A stretch of 64,000 bases of DNA from Epithemia pelagica (taxonomy: Eukaryota; Protista; Bacillariophyta). Location of the stretch: the NCBI GenBank assembly GCA_946965045.2, contig OX337235.1, positions 3,534,001 through 3,598,000 on the forward strand, written 5' to 3'. A program made the translations under genes and the position numbers. Positions within the stretch are counted from its first letter, which is position 1; every line of letters starts with the position of its first letter. The notes below the pieces were generated by a model, which searched no databases, was not told where the DNA came from, and saw nothing but the letters and a program-made list of their open reading frames with translations. Positions 1 through 12,977 of the stretch are shown piece after piece.

Positions 1-2
1 TT

Positions 3-548
3 GGTGGCGGCACAGAACGCTCGGTGGAATATTTGGACTTTGTAATTGACAATGAGGAGACAAAAGAGAACACGACTACTAGGGTCCTTTCATTCTCGTC
101 CACTTGGACCACTCATTCGAAATTGGTGCTTTCGGAATGTCGATACTTTTACACCGCGGTTCCCGTGGGATCCTGTCTCGTTGTGGCGGGAGGACGAGAC
201 AATCCAACCGTGGAACTCTTGGATACGCACCGCAACTGCGTGTGGAATCTCCCCTCCATTGGAAGGAATCAGGATGGCTTTAGTATGGTGACGGTTGCCA
301 ACCAAATTGCTACAATTGGTGGGCTTGGAGATCCTACCTGTGCGACGTTGCCACTCATGGACAAGTATACATGGTGTTTTTGCCGACTCTGTGAGCAGCA
401 GCAGCCCCATGGATGGCGGCAACATGTTCGGGAAGGAATGGGGATCCGACATGTCAATGGAACATCCTGCAGTACCTCGACATGCAATAGGAAACGCGTG
501 AGGACCAATTCCACGCGACGGGGTGAAAACGAAACGAATGAAACTTAA
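3..548 (+). CDS. Kelch-repeat protein, C-terminal part (gene starts before the window)
   Basis: Frame open from position 3: GGGTERSVEYLDF, LVVAGGRDNPTVELLD...VWNLP and IATIGG are successive Kelch GG...(Y/L)D...W blades; stop at 546-548. Confidence 0.75.
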   Translation, partial: GGGTERSVEYLDFVIDNEETKENTTTRVLSFSSTWTTHSKLVLSECRYFYTAVPVGSCLVVAGGRDNPTVELLDTHRNCVWNLPSIGRNQDGFSMVTVANQIATIGGLGDPTCATLPLMDKYTWCFCRLCEQQQPHGWRQHVREGMGIRHVNGTSCSTSTCNRKRVRTNSTRRGENETNET

Positions 549-997
549 AAGAAATGATCAGCAACCTGTTGCAGGTATGTCCTACAATGGCAAAACTCGA
601 ATCATTCTGTTCTCGGTTCATGGAATGATTTTCTACATGGTAGTGTGGCCTATTGAGATAACATGTGAAAATCCTTGTAGTACAAAATGAAAAAGCAATA
701 TGTGGTGTCACCGAGAGTTTGTCATGTCCATACAATTGCAGCAGTGCAATGGCGATTGTTGTGATTGCCATGGATGTCAGATCGCATTGTTGTTGTTGTG
801 GTTGGTCTTGTGTTGTTGTGCCCCGCCGTGGTTGGCTCCTCTTGGTGGAGTAGGAGTACTAAACCAGTATTCTAGCACGACCAGAAACTCCTTGGAGTCG
901 ACGAGTATACTCCTAGAAATGTTGATGCTTGCTTGAGGTGAACTCCCTGCACCTCTCTTTCCTGTCCCGAACGAACGTTCCGCCTGTGTCCTTCTTT

Positions 998-1051
998 GGT
1001 TCCGATCGATGGCACGCCCGTATGGGTTCCGATCGATGGCACGCCCGTATG
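998..1051. repeat. 27-bp perfect tandem duplication
   Basis: GGTTCCGATCGATGGCACGCCCGTATG at 998-1024 and 1025-1051, upstream of the PB1 gene. Confidence 0.9.
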
Positions 1052-1174
1052 CACGCCTCTCCGAGTGTGTGACTGCGACACCAACACCATAAAAAACAAC
1101 GACGGACCTTTTCATCTTATACCGACCATCACACTACAATACGATATTCCTCTCCTTTTCGCCGCAAACCACCC

Positions 1175-2325
1175 ATGGACCCGTTTGTCGAACTCTCGTC
1201 GTCGGGTGGACCGAACGACGAGAACTACAACCACAGCAACAATGACGACGACAAGGACAAGAACCAACACCTTCCTGCTGCCACGACCACTACCACGACG
1301 ACTGCGGCACCGGCTCCTCCTCACACCAACACCAACAACCACAAGCATACCCAATTATCGACACTCTATGTTCCCACCGTCAAGGTCATTCTTCCCCTGT
1401 TCCTGATGGAGGACGCGGAAACTGCCACCACAGGGATGATGTCCCACACGCATGCGTGGTGTTCGTCGACTCCTCCTCCTCATCACCAACACTCTGGAGC
1501 AGGACACGAACCATCACGACGGCCCCATGTCACCCGTCCACTCCAACGCCAACCAGCCACAGCTAGTACCAACAGGACAATCGTCCGCCACATCCTTTCT
1601 GTGGCCTACCATCTTTCTCAATTTCGGGATTCCTATCATGCCAGTCCACGACTGGTGGATTTGCAACAAGTGATTGTCGGTACCATGGTCGATTGGTTCC
1701 AGCACGCAGGAGGTCCATTCGTTACCTCCACACCAACATTGATGACACCCTGGACGACATGTGCTGCGAGTGGTAGTACAAGGCTCACGGTTTGGTACAT
1801 CGATGCTGAAGGTGATTGTGTCCTCCTGACCAGCGATTTCGACTTGCAACGAGTCTTGCGGGTGGGTGCTACCAGCACGAATAGCAGCAACAGCAGTCCT
1901 TGTTCCAAGAACAGTGTCACCTTGCATGTGGCACTGTGGACGACAACGATACCGCCGCCATCAGCCCACGACGACCATTTCCCATACCCTCGTCGTGCAG
2001 CAGCAGCAGCAGCACCACAACCCAAAGATCCTTCCTGTTCCTCCGTCTGTTCCCAAGAGAGGAAGACGACGAATCATCCAAGACGGACAGTTCCTGTCAC
2101 CTTGAAGAGGCGAACCGCAAGTATTTGTCCGTGTCGTCGTCGCCATGGTACCGTCGTTTCCATACCAGTCATGATGATGATGACGACGATCCAGCACCCA
2201 CCGGTCCATGGTGGATCAAAACGGACGAATGGAATTTTCTGGGTAGCCTGGTGATTGGATCCATGGTACCCATTGTCTTGTTGACCCTGTCTCGTCGTGG
2301 TCTTTGTTCTCGGAGTACCGAGTAA
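1175..2325 (+). CDS. PB1-domain protein with probable C-terminal membrane anchor; apparent frameshift near 1935
   Basis: LTVWYIDAEGDCVLLTSDFDLQRVL matches the PB1 acidic (OPCA) motif. After TLHV the more protein-like reading moves to the 1900-2325 frame, ending in a hydrophobic tail FLGSLVIGSMVPIVLLTL. Confidence 0.55.
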
Positions 2326-2922
2326 TGGTTCTTTTGGTGGATACGAGAAACAGACCACCACCACCACCACATGAAACAAGAGAACCACAATTGACTTCTA
2401 CTAGCTAGCAATAAATGATTACTAGCTAGTAGACACGAGCATGGGTGGTCCCAAATCTCTCTTTTTCTAGGTAGTATCTTTCATGGTTTCAACAAACGGG
2501 GCCAGCGAGAGGAGAATGCCACTGTGGTGTGTGTGTGTGTGTGTCTGGAAGGGCTTTGAACAGTTTGGTGTGCGTGTATAGCGGTTCGCCCTCACCCGTA
2601 CTCCCAGTCTTGTGTTGTTGGGCGGTCCACCTGTACAGAGTCCACGTCCGGTTCTTGGTTCATCATCTTGGATACAGGGTCCCACCATAGATTTAGGTCG
2701 TGCGGCAACGGAATCCCCTCCCCCCTCGTTTTGGAGGAATGGGCGAAACTCGTCGTCGTTGTTGTCCTCGACATGCGGTTGTTGTGGCGGCGGCGTAAGT
2801 GTTGGTGTGTGAGTATCAATCTGTCTTGCACACTGATGCCTCGTCGTCGTCATCATGATTGTCCTCCTGGTCCTGGTCCTTCTCGTCATTCGTGTCATGT
2901 CGCGTCGGCGTGTTGCTCGTTG

Positions 2923-4071
2923 TTACTGTCGTTGCAAATATTGGACCAAGAGAGAAATGACATCTTCGGGTTTTTCGGCATGCAACCAATGTCCCGCACC
3001 GCGAATCGTGGTAATCAAATGATTGGGAAAGTAGGCTTGAATGGTGGGCAAATGCGCCGTCCGAACAAAGCGCGATTGACCGCCATGAATCAGCAAGACA
3101 TCGCCGGTATAGACCAGAGGCGGCTGGTGTGGCTGTGTGGAGGAGGGTGTGTTGTTGTGGTTGTCATGATGGTCCTTCTGCTCTTGCGACTGCTTTAAGT
3201 CAAAATCGGCCAAGACGGGCAAGGCGTCTTGAATCCAGTCGAGGGGAATGGTCCAAGCATGACGTTTATCGTCCCAATTGGTCAAACAAAAGGCTCGCAT
3301 GGCTGGTTCTGGAATGCCCGACCTTAAGGCTTGATCCAAGTGGCGTTTGGTCCAATGGGATGATGGGTCATCGTTGTTGTCTTGGTGATGATTGGAATGT
3401 TGTGTCGTCGTTTGTGTCGTTGTTTCGACGAGCAAGTCAATGACGTGACAAACCGCCTTCCAGGAGTCGTCCGTCGTGCGACTGTAGGGAACGGGCGCCT
3501 TGTCCAAAACGACCAATCCCTCGACGAGAGTGGGATATAACAGGGCCACGGCTTGGGCCACCTTGCCCCCCATGGAATGTCCGACCAAGGTAACTTGTTG
3601 CAAGTTGTGCTGGTGACAAAAGTGCACGACATCGCGCGCCATGCTACTGTACGTCATGTCCGGGTGCCGTCCCGACGTGCCGTGATTGCGCAAATCCACG
3701 GCATAGCACGAAAGAGTCGCATCGCTACTGCTGACGGCCGAGGCAATGGTGCCAAAATTGCGCTTGTTGCCCAACAAGCCATGCAAAAAGATCAGGACCG
3801 TGTTTTTTGTTGGCGATGACGAGGGAGGGGGACCGTAGAGTGTATAGTCCAAGGACACGACGGAAGGATCGTCCTTGTCATTGGTGGTGGTGCTTGTCAG
3901 AGCTTCCGAGGACGACACCGATGACAAGGACATGGACTGTACGCTCGCGTTCCGTGTAGTGGTTCTTCGTTTGGTCGTCACCACTTGTGGAGGAGCAAAA
4001 GCCCCGGACCAGGACGACGCGCCCATGACGGCCAGAACAAGAAGAACAAGGAGTATCCCACGTACGGTCAT
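2923..4071 (-). CDS. Alpha/beta-hydrolase (ABHD11/YbfF-like esterase) with bipartite plastid-targeting presequence
   Basis: LHGLLG, VDLRNHG, GHSMGGK nucleophile elbow, GAGHWLHAEKP. Start ATG at 4071 gives a signal peptide followed by SGAFAP (diatom ASAFAP-type cleavage motif). Confidence 0.88.
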   Translation of the reverse strand: MTVRGILLVLLVLAVMGASSWSGAFAPPQVVTTKRRTTTRNASVQSMSLSSVSSSEALTSTTTNDKDDPSVVSLDYTLYGPPPSSSPTKNTVLIFLHGLLGNKRNFGTIASAVSSSDATLSCYAVDLRNHGTSGRHPDMTYSSMARDVVHFCHQHNLQQVTLVGHSMGGKVAQAVALLYPTLVEGLVVLDKAPVPYSRTTDDSWKAVCHVIDLLVETTTQTTTQHSNHHQDNNDDPSSHWTKRHLDQALRSGIPEPAMRAFCLTNWDDKRHAWTIPLDWIQDALPVLADFDLKQSQEQKDHHDNHNNTPSSTQPHQPPLVYTGDVLLIHGGQSRFVRTAHLPTIQAYFPNHLITTIRGAGHWLHAEKPEDVISLLVQYLQRQ

Positions 4072-7000
4072 GGTGGGAGTCGCAACACAAATGTCTGGTG
4101 GTGTCTTGTGTGTGTGGTTGTGTGGCTGGAGGTAGGAGATGTGGAGTTGTGTCAGTTCCCGAGCAGTTCCGTTTGGCTCGTGGATGTTGTTGTCCGAAAA
4201 CAAGAGAGAGAGAGAGAGAGAAAGAGCGAGATTCACCACACACTGTCTGGTAGCAGCAACGACCAACGGAATCTGCTCTCCAGATGGGGTCCAACAACGA
4301 CGGAGGTGATACTAATAATAGAGAGTGTTACAGTGATGATGGGTGAGGATGGAGAACAATAACAACACGGAAGAACTATAAGAAATGAGAAGGAGGAGGA
4401 GGATGATGTGGTTCGTCTCGGACGGGAGCGTCGTCGTCTTGGCTCTTGTCTTGGCCCGAACAACACAGGAGCGTGAGGAGAACCGTGGACGACCGGTCGA
4501 CGTGGCCGAAGCAGACGCGTTACGGTCGCGTTCATAGGGTCGCGTTTTCAGTCGCGTGACGCGAGTCGGGCGTCGGTGGGGATGGTTCGAACGTTGCGAA
4601 CACCATTTCATTGAGGCGTCGAACGTTGGAACAATCTCTCATCTACCTGTATAGTTAGTACGGATAGGACAAGGATTCATCGACAATCCGGAGGAAGGAC
4701 CAAGTCCAGCAAGAAAGGCCACATCGGAAAGGAAATCATGGGAAACCATGGGCCGTGACCATTGTGTGGGACACGTGCCAGTCCGCTCCGACCGAGTTTC
4801 TTGAAATGTGTTGGTTCCATGGATGGACGCGGAGACAAGAATGCCACTGGACCAAGTAATGTTCCTCCTGGAGACATTGTCCACTACTGGATCTTTTTTT
4901 TTCGAAATCGCCTTGATCAGCTTGGCCAGAGAATTCCCTTTCCAAGCGGCTCGAGGCGAGTTTGAAACAAAACACTCGTGTCTTGCGGTTCCACGATTTC
5001 CCTCCCAACGAATTACGGAATGTCGTTCGGGCCAGAATGTGTGGGGCTCTTTGTGTGGCTCGTAGTGGTTCGTTTCGAATGTGTGTGTGTGTGTGTGTGT
5101 GTTTGGTGTCGTTCGATCCCACCACGGCTGTGCCGGACGCGCACACACACACACACTGTCCGTCCCGTGACCCTGGTTTGGTTGTCTGTGTGGAGTGTGG
5201 AGGGGCGGGGTACCGTCGTGTGGAGAATCCAGGCGGGGAGAGAATGCTACTCCTCCTTGGCAAAAAGGGAATGGTTCCGCGTGGTGGTGACCCAGAACGG
5301 GAACCATTTGTGGGACAGGAATACAGAGACCACATTCGAACTGGTTTGGAGCAACCCAAGCAACACAACCACCACAACCACAACCACAACTGGTGGTGGG
5401 GATGGAGCATTCCACACGAAAACCGATCAATCGCTGTGAGAGGACTATTACGGAACCACACACGTGCCAGAGAGCGTGTCGTGATGCCGCCGCCGAGGAT
5501 CTATCTATCTATAGACGGGAATGGACTGCCGAGAATGGAATCTCTGAGACAGGTCACAACCATACCAAAATTGTTTACAAGGGGGGTGCAGAAGGCTCCA
5601 CGAATGATTCAGAATTCGACACAAAATGACAACACGGTCTCGCCGGGAAATGGCTGTCATTCATTGGAGTCGGTCGAATACGTTGGATCCTTGTTACGTA
5701 CACAGACAGGCCGACCACCACAAGTGTGGAAACCAGTGGATGTGGAACGAGTGGTAGGGGTGATGGCGTCACGACGAGTACCTAGGTATAATACTGCAGC
5801 ATATATGGGGGTCTCTCTCTCTCTCTCTCTCGGTCGTCCACAAACGGTCCTGGCGTGGCGGAACGGGACGAGGCGTTGGAATACGTGTCGTCGACGAGTC
5901 AGGAGAAGGACCAACTGCCAGGAGAAGGAGGGCCACGAGTCGGGGCCTGAGCGACAACATGACGGCCGGAACACGAGACGAACGTTGACCATTCGGAGCA
6001 TGAGGACCCAGAAACGAAACGTGGGGAACAAGAATGTTGGTCACGTCGACCTAGTACGAAACCAACGACGCTGAGTATAGCATGGTAACGATACAAAAGA
6101 GAGGTGACTCCTGTCCAACATGTGTGGAGCCTGCCATAACCGGAAGATTGTGACAGTTGTGGTCGGAGAACCATTGGCAAAATCTCATGGTGTTGGAAAG
6201 CTGGGATAGTATACGATCAAGTGTGAGTGACTGCCCCGTACAGACGTAAAGAAAACATCCCACGTGATAATCCTCGAACCTGCTGCTTGATGTTTGCCCA
6301 TGCTCATACAAGGGAGTCGCACGCATCTACCTCACCACGACCAATGCCTCTCTGTAGATCCAACACCCCCAATGTGATTGGAGTCGTATGCTGCTGTGGA
6401 AAAGACCTTGGACCTATGAATCCGATGCAGGAAGAGGCGGAGACTGCACTGCCTGTGAAACACAACGTTTCAACGTTTCGAGAAGCTCCTGGAAGCACTT
6501 TCGAGATGCTTCAATTTCCAAACAAGTTACTGTTTGCCATGTCAGAGACAGTACTACCAATCATTGGATATGGTGCAGCGTCTTTGTGGCCTGTGTGTGT
6601 GTGTGTGTACTGGGCGTTTTCCTGTTTCGTTGTGGGGGAATGGCGACTGTTTCGGAACTACCCATCGCGAGAATTTGTACTTCGCGATGAACTTTTTTAG
6701 GAAGATCAGGTGCGACTGAATTCTATTGAGGTGGTACGACCACTCAGGCGTACACTTTCCAATCGCCCGCGCATCACTACAAGTAGCACCTGGTTTTTCT
6801 CGAGGAGCTGTATACGAACGATCATAATCTTGATGATCCAAAAGCCACAACCACCATAACAAGCCCGACAAAGCATGAATGTCAATGTCAGTGAACTGTT
6901 TGAGCAACTCAAGCTTGTCGATCGACCTGACAGCGAGTGGAATGCACACGATTTGCCGCAAACCTTGGATGGATGTGAAGGTGAGAGTCGAACAACACCG

Positions 7001-7157
7001 ACGAGGAATCTCGTCCTAGTTGTCAAACCACAAGAGAACGACGTATACTGTTCTTTCTAACTGGACACTATGTTGTATGTTTTCACCAGGGTTCCTTGCG
7101 CGATGGCCTCTTCGAGCTCCAAATGTGAATCTCAACATTCCTCATACAATCTCCGAT

Positions 7158-9601
7158 ATGGTCAATATCTTGACGGACCCTGAGGCGACGAGTGCCTTTT
7201 CCCATGCCCAAGAAGAGGCTCCCGAAGGAGAAGGTCTTGTACGGGAGGAAGGCATGCCCTCTCATGTGTACGACTATGATTCCTCGAAAGTCATGAAGGA
7301 CCAAGTCACGCAAGCTCGGAAGGCTACATCCCATGCCAAGGCACCCGGCATTTTGGGCCATGTGGTATTGCCAGGACACATTTCATTTTACAAGAGGGAT
7401 GGGAAAACATTTGCCGTGACAGAAGGACGATGGCTGTTGACAAGTCCCAAGGCGCGCTGGATTGTCAAAAATGTCTCACTGGACAAGGAAATCATCCATC
7501 ATGAACGATCTCAAGTCCTCATTCTCCGCGTGGAACCGGGTTGTGTCGGGCGGATTCTCGACCAGGGAGTACCGATTCTGTTGGATGTGGGAACACATGT
7601 GTTCAATAGCGGTACTGTGAGTAACGTTGGATCCAAAAAGATTGCCGACTGTGACTCTTTAAACCATGGCAAGTTTCACTAAGTTCGCGTGGACCGTGGG
7701 AAACTTGCTCGTGTATGGGTTGAAGTGAAAGTAAGGGACGGGGGAACTCGATCAGTCCAGCCTCGGTTTCTCCAGGAAGGAGAACATTTTGTGGCTTCTC
7801 ATTTGTTCCAGTTTGAAGGAATGTCCAATCTCTCGGATGAGTATATCAAGAACGGGTGAGTAGACGCATATAGTGGGGAAAGAGGCTGAGTTTCATAGTT
7901 TCGCTGGATATTTCCCCCCTGGCCTAACGTTCTGGTTCCTTTTTTAGATCGGTCCATCGCATCTCTGTCCAAAAAGGCTATGTTGCCAAAGTGGTCCAAG
8001 ACAACAAGCCCCGTCTTCTGGGGGAGGGTGACCATATCATTGAATCCACTGATTTCGACTTCAAGGGCATGGTTAATGTTGTTTCCAACCTTTGCATTGT
8101 TCACGAAACCATCTCCATCCTGCGAGTCAATCTGGGACAGATTGCCTTGGTCTGGCAAGATAATGAACCTACCTTCTATGATAAACCGGGACTGCTGGAA
8201 TTTGACAGCCCTGATTTTTCCTTTGTCGAATTCAAAAATGTCGAAGAACAACTGATTCAGTTGGGATCCAAAAAGATTATTCTTTGCCATACGGGCCAAG
8301 TAGCCGTGACCTATGACAGAGGCGAGCTCAAGATTCTCCCCAACGGCCGTCATATCATTGACAGTGCTACACATGTGTTTCAGCGCTTTCTCTCGACGCA
8401 GCAAAAATCGATTCGCTTGTCCTCCTTGCATACCTCTGAAAAGACGGCCCGAAAGTCACAAGTCACTCCGCAGGGGTCTACCAAGAAGGTACATGCCCCC
8501 ATAGCGGAAAATGAGAAAGATGACGAGACCAACGCTGCTACTTCGAACAGCATGGGGTTACTAGAGCACCATCAAAACCCCGATTCCGATCTCACGGTTT
8601 GTGAGACAAAGGATTTGGTCAAGGTGGGTCTCCGGGCCGATGTCTTTTATAGCATTGATGATCCCGAGAAGTGCATTCGCAAAATTGATACCGATGAGTT
8701 GGAAGACCTTGTTCGCGAAACAGCCGTTGCCACCTTGACCAATATTGTTCGTTCCACCACCTTGAATGAAATTGCCCAGTCCAAACAAGTAAGTGCCAAG
8801 GCTGGCGAGGGACTACCAACAGGTGTCGATGTCATGCCACCTCCGACCATGAGAACTACGGGTGATGAAGGATTTGGCGAGGCTCCACCACCGCCCACAG
8901 CTCCAACAGCAGTGTTCTTTGAGAAAGTGCATGATGAATTCCTTTCCATGTTAAACGAAGACTTTAATGAGCGTTATGGTGTGGACATTGCCAACATTCG
9001 AATTGAATCGTTCAAAATCATGGATGAAGAATTGGCCGAGCAAATTTCCAAACATGCCTTGACGACGGCCCAAATTGAAAATGAAATGGCCAATTTGGAA
9101 GGTACCTCCTTGATCTCTACCACGCGAGAACGCACAGCGGCACAAGTCAAGGACATTAAAGTCAAGGCCGATGCAACCGCTCTCAAGATTGCCGCAGACG
9201 CCCAGAATCAAAGAGACTTGGATGCCGCCGAGGCACAGGCCAAAGCCCTCAAGATTGCTGCGCAGGCCAAGGCGGAAGCCGAAGCCGATGCCATATTGAC
9301 CAAGGCCAAAGCACAAGCCGAGGCGATTCGTCTCAAGGCGGCCGCCGAAGCTCACCGAGCCGAATTGCTTTCGAATACACCCCTGGGAACCCAAGAAGCT
9401 TTGTTGTCTGTGTATTCCCAAATGATGGTTGAATCCAACAAGGGTGTGGAGAAGATTGTCTATCTCGATCCCAGCGTGAACCGAGAATCCCCCTTTGCCT
9501 TGGGCAGTTTGGCCAACTTGAACATGGACCTTCATTCCTTGACACGACTGGGGGTTGCTGCTTCAACAACAGCAGCCGGCAATGCCGTGACTCTGGGCTA
9601 A
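7158..9601 (+). CDS. SPFH/band-7 protein with N-terminal repeats (vacuolin-like); in-frame TAA at 7680-7682; intron 7856-7947
   Basis: Repeated V..G.V..VW/VQDN.P...L..G.H units, then an SPFH core (CETKDLVKVGLRADVFYSI, VRETAVATLTNIVRSTTLNEIAQ, YGVDIANIRIESFKI) and an AEA-rich coiled coil. Reading continues in frame past the TAA (VRVDRGKLARVW). The GTGAG...CTAAC...TTTTAG intron joins N-G|S-V-H-R-I. Confidence 0.8.
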
Positions 9602-10281
9602 AATAATGCAACACAATACCCGTGCTCCAAGACGTTACCAACCCCCTGTCTCCATGGCAACGCACACTGTGTCAAGAGAGCCATTGCGCTCTTGTCCTTG
9701 TATCCATCCTACCATTCGTCTCCACTCTATTGTTCCACTCAGTCTTTTCGTCAACAACGATTGCACCGCCATTCGTCACTTCCAGGTACTATAATATGAA
9801 CTATCGGGAAAGCCTCCATCTCACTCTCGAAACCTTGTGGATTCCCCTTTTTGTGTGCCAGTTCAAACCCACAGAGAACAACGCCTTGGCATTCGAAACT
9901 GACAAACTTTATCCTGTCTGGTAGATCGAACTACCTAGGTACTCTTCATTGTACATGCCATTGTAGTATTGTAACATCTTGGGTCCCCAGGCATGGTTGC
10001 GGGCCTGGTACAGTTTTGTTCCAGGGTCAGTTCTGGAAGCCAAATGGTCTCGACACGAACATGGAGTATCTCTATCCTTTCAACTCTTATTTACCCGTTG
10101 TCAAATACCTTGGCACTTAGCAGAGGTAGCATGCGTTTGTGCGACTTGGTCGCGCGATACAAAAGTCACACTCGTCCTTACATGGAGAATTGCACAGTCG
10201 CCGGGTCACGACTTGTCGAGATGCGCATGCTCACAATAATAATTATTGCTCTCCGCGAGCGTGCTTTGCCGGTGCGACACC

Positions 10282-10521
10282 GCATCGCACCCTAGAGGTT
10301 AATAAGGGACCGACGGACGAACGATGAAGGCAGATGACGTCGCGCCCAACAAGATGACAACGACACGTCAGGTCTGGTTGGGGTCATTGATGACTCTCCT
10401 GAGTCATCCTCCCAACCAAAAGGATTCGTAAAAGATACGGTCATAAGATTTTGGAAAGAAAACTCTACACGGACTATCACGGAGTTGATCACCCAGTGAT
10501 TACTGTGAGGTTCTCTTTTCG
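10282..10521 (+). repeat. Split direct repeat A1
   Basis: Recurs without indels at offset 8410 (18692-18931). Confidence 0.92.
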
Positions 10522-10605
10522 TTTTCTTTTTTCGCTCCCTGTCGACCGTGCCAACCACTCGTTTGTTCGTTTGTTTCCCTCGGGTTCGCTTTTTCTACCT
10601 ACGTA

Positions 10606-12977
10606 ATGTTCAATTGGACGGGGACTTCGGAATCCTCGCCCTCTGTGGGGTCGACAGGTGAGTCATTTGTTACTACTACCGGGAAACCGGGGGGGGGGGG
10701 TGCCCTTCGTTCGGGCCCTCTCTACGGTATCCTTCGGATGGACGAGTCCGAATTTGGGGATGTGTGTCGAGGTATGATTGGTTCAGGACAGCGTGTCTGT
10801 CTTCGGACAGAATGCAACATTCTGTTGCATTCCACCAAGAAGATGTCATGGGTCTCCCTCGTGGGGGACAATTCTTCCTGTATCTTTATCCGGGGTGGAA
10901 GTGGTTCCGAAGGCGAAGCTGCTGTAACTATCTTTGGATCTCCGATCCTTCCTGGTGCTTGTGTGCGTGATTCCGAATGGTCAGAGTTGGAGACGAGCCC
11001 ACGAAGTTTGGAGAGCTGGCAAGCGACGTTTACCGCCTTGAAACAAGCAGCCTCAGCGTCTGGAGTGGAAGGCATCGACGAGAAGACCGTTGCCGATGTG
11101 TTGGAGTCCACCAAGCAGGACGTGAAGTTTGTATTCACTCCGGCTAGAAAGAAGCAACGTTTCAAGGATGGTGACCACAAGGATGATGTGAAACCTTCGG
11201 TTGCTCGGCCGCCGATTAAACCGGTCCCGTTTTTAGGGTGCCAGTGGACCTTGGCACTCAACCCGCGACGGCGTACAGGATCTTATCTCAAGGAGCATGG
11301 TGCGATCTTATTGCCAATGTTGCTTCAATCAAGGCTGCAATCAACATCGAGCGCTCGAGATCCTCACAGGTGGACTCGGATCTTCAGGACCATCTCAAGG
11401 AAATTGATATGAAGACGTCCGTACTCTATGAGTTGTTGGGTGAACGTCCGGCCGAGTTCGGAACTGCGTCCGTGTTTCAGTTGATTCTTCAGTTGACAGA
11501 AATTTCCTCCAGTCTGAATCGTTCTCTTGATGAGTACAAGGAGCGACTGATTTCGGTGGAAGGCGCCAGTATGTCGACGGATCTCGAGCAACGATTGGTC
11601 TTTCTTGAGCGACAAGCTCTTTCGTTTGACAGTGCGGTAGAAAGGATCGTCAAGGAAAACATCGAGGCGTTCTTTACCACAGGGGATTTCAGGACTCAGT
11701 TCATCGAGCCAACAATGAAACTTCTCTCTCGTTCTTCAAAAACGTCTGCTGATCCGGGAGGAAAATGGGATCAAGACATCTCTTCTTTGTTGATGCGAGT
11801 GTCTTCATTGGAAGCTTCGGCCACCCAAACAGGCACTCCTTTGTCCATTACGAACTTTTTGAATGGCGCGATGACAAGAGGTGGCTCGGGGAACATGTTC
11901 AATTGGAGTACTCAAGCTGGAGCTCCTCCATCTATCCCTCAACCATCGACGAGTACCGGTAGTGTTGTCGGGGATCTCCGAAAGGAGTTCATCACCTTGA
12001 AAGAAGAAGTGTCGCGTTTAAAGACGGAAGTAAAAGAACTCCAGGACCAGGCAGAAACCGAGGCCATCGTCGTTGGGTCCATCGTCTTCGTCTCAAAGAA
12101 GTTCTGTGAGAGCTGGCTTGTTCTCCACGGAGCCGATGCCGACCCGCACGTATTTGTGGATCCAGTGTCTCTGCTGTCTCTCTCAACTTCAGACGCTAGT
12201 CAGGATGAGGAGCGAGCTGCCAATCAGCTAGCTACGACGGCAAAGGTAAAAGATAAATCGCCTTACCACACGGCGTATATCGCTTCCTTCAGTCTCGAGC
12301 TGCCTCCCTTGCTTGGAAAAGGGGGAGATTCATCGCTAACCACTAACTCGCGAGCATTGGCGGGGGTTCCTAAATTTGTTGATTTTCACCCTCCGTCTGG
12401 CCGTGAAGGCATTCATCAACGAATCCTGGATTACATAAAGGATGGGAAAAAGACTCTGGAAGAAGCGATTGGCGACTTGTTCTCTTTTGGGTCCGAGCCG
12501 GCGAGCGTGGCAAGAGAACTCTTACTTCTCAGTAAGACGTTCTGGGATGAGCTGTGCCATTGGATGGTACGCTATCATCGCGAAATAAAAGAGGAGAGCG
12601 ATGCCTCCCAACACGAAGTGTGGATCCTAATCTCCCACTGCGTGCGTGCGGTGTTTAAAAGTCTACGAGACGCACGTGCCCCGGGAAGGGCGTCCAACAC
12701 TCCTGGTGGAATGTTATGGGGCACACTTCAAGCCCATCAAGTAATGCGGGAGTATCGGGGTCATAACTTTAGCGGACATCCAAAGATTGCGCTCATTCTC
12801 CATGAGCACCTAATTCGCTTTTCGACTCCTCGCTCGAAGTTCGATGCACTGCAACTTGAATTCGACGAAAAACTAGAGAAGGTTCAGCGGTCGGTCAATC
12901 AAGCAGTAGCTGCAGCGAATAAGAAGGGATCCTCTGGAGCGAAAGCAACGAGCGATTCTAAAAAACAACAATCATGA
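10606..12977 (+). CDS. YR retrotransposon ORF1 (gag-like), one -1 frameshift between 11220 and 11412
   Basis: N-terminal C-x10-C-x4-C-x4-H cluster (VCRGMIGSGQRVCLRTECNILLH), coiled coils, position 5' of pol. ORFs 10606-11412 and 11238-12977 join around TTTTTAGGGTG. Confidence 0.65.

Noticed and set aside
4312-6961. Several long ORFs on both strands (4639-5463, 4962-6074, 6227-6700)
   Set aside because: They run through (GT)n and (CT)n microsatellites and show no recognisable motif. A small spliced gene on the minus strand near 5500-6000 cannot be excluded but could not be assembled.
11229-11238. TTT TTA GGG resembling the HIV -1 frameshift site in YR ORF1
   Set aside because: Only five T preceded by G, so not an X XXY YYZ heptamer; loss of one G explains the shift more simply.
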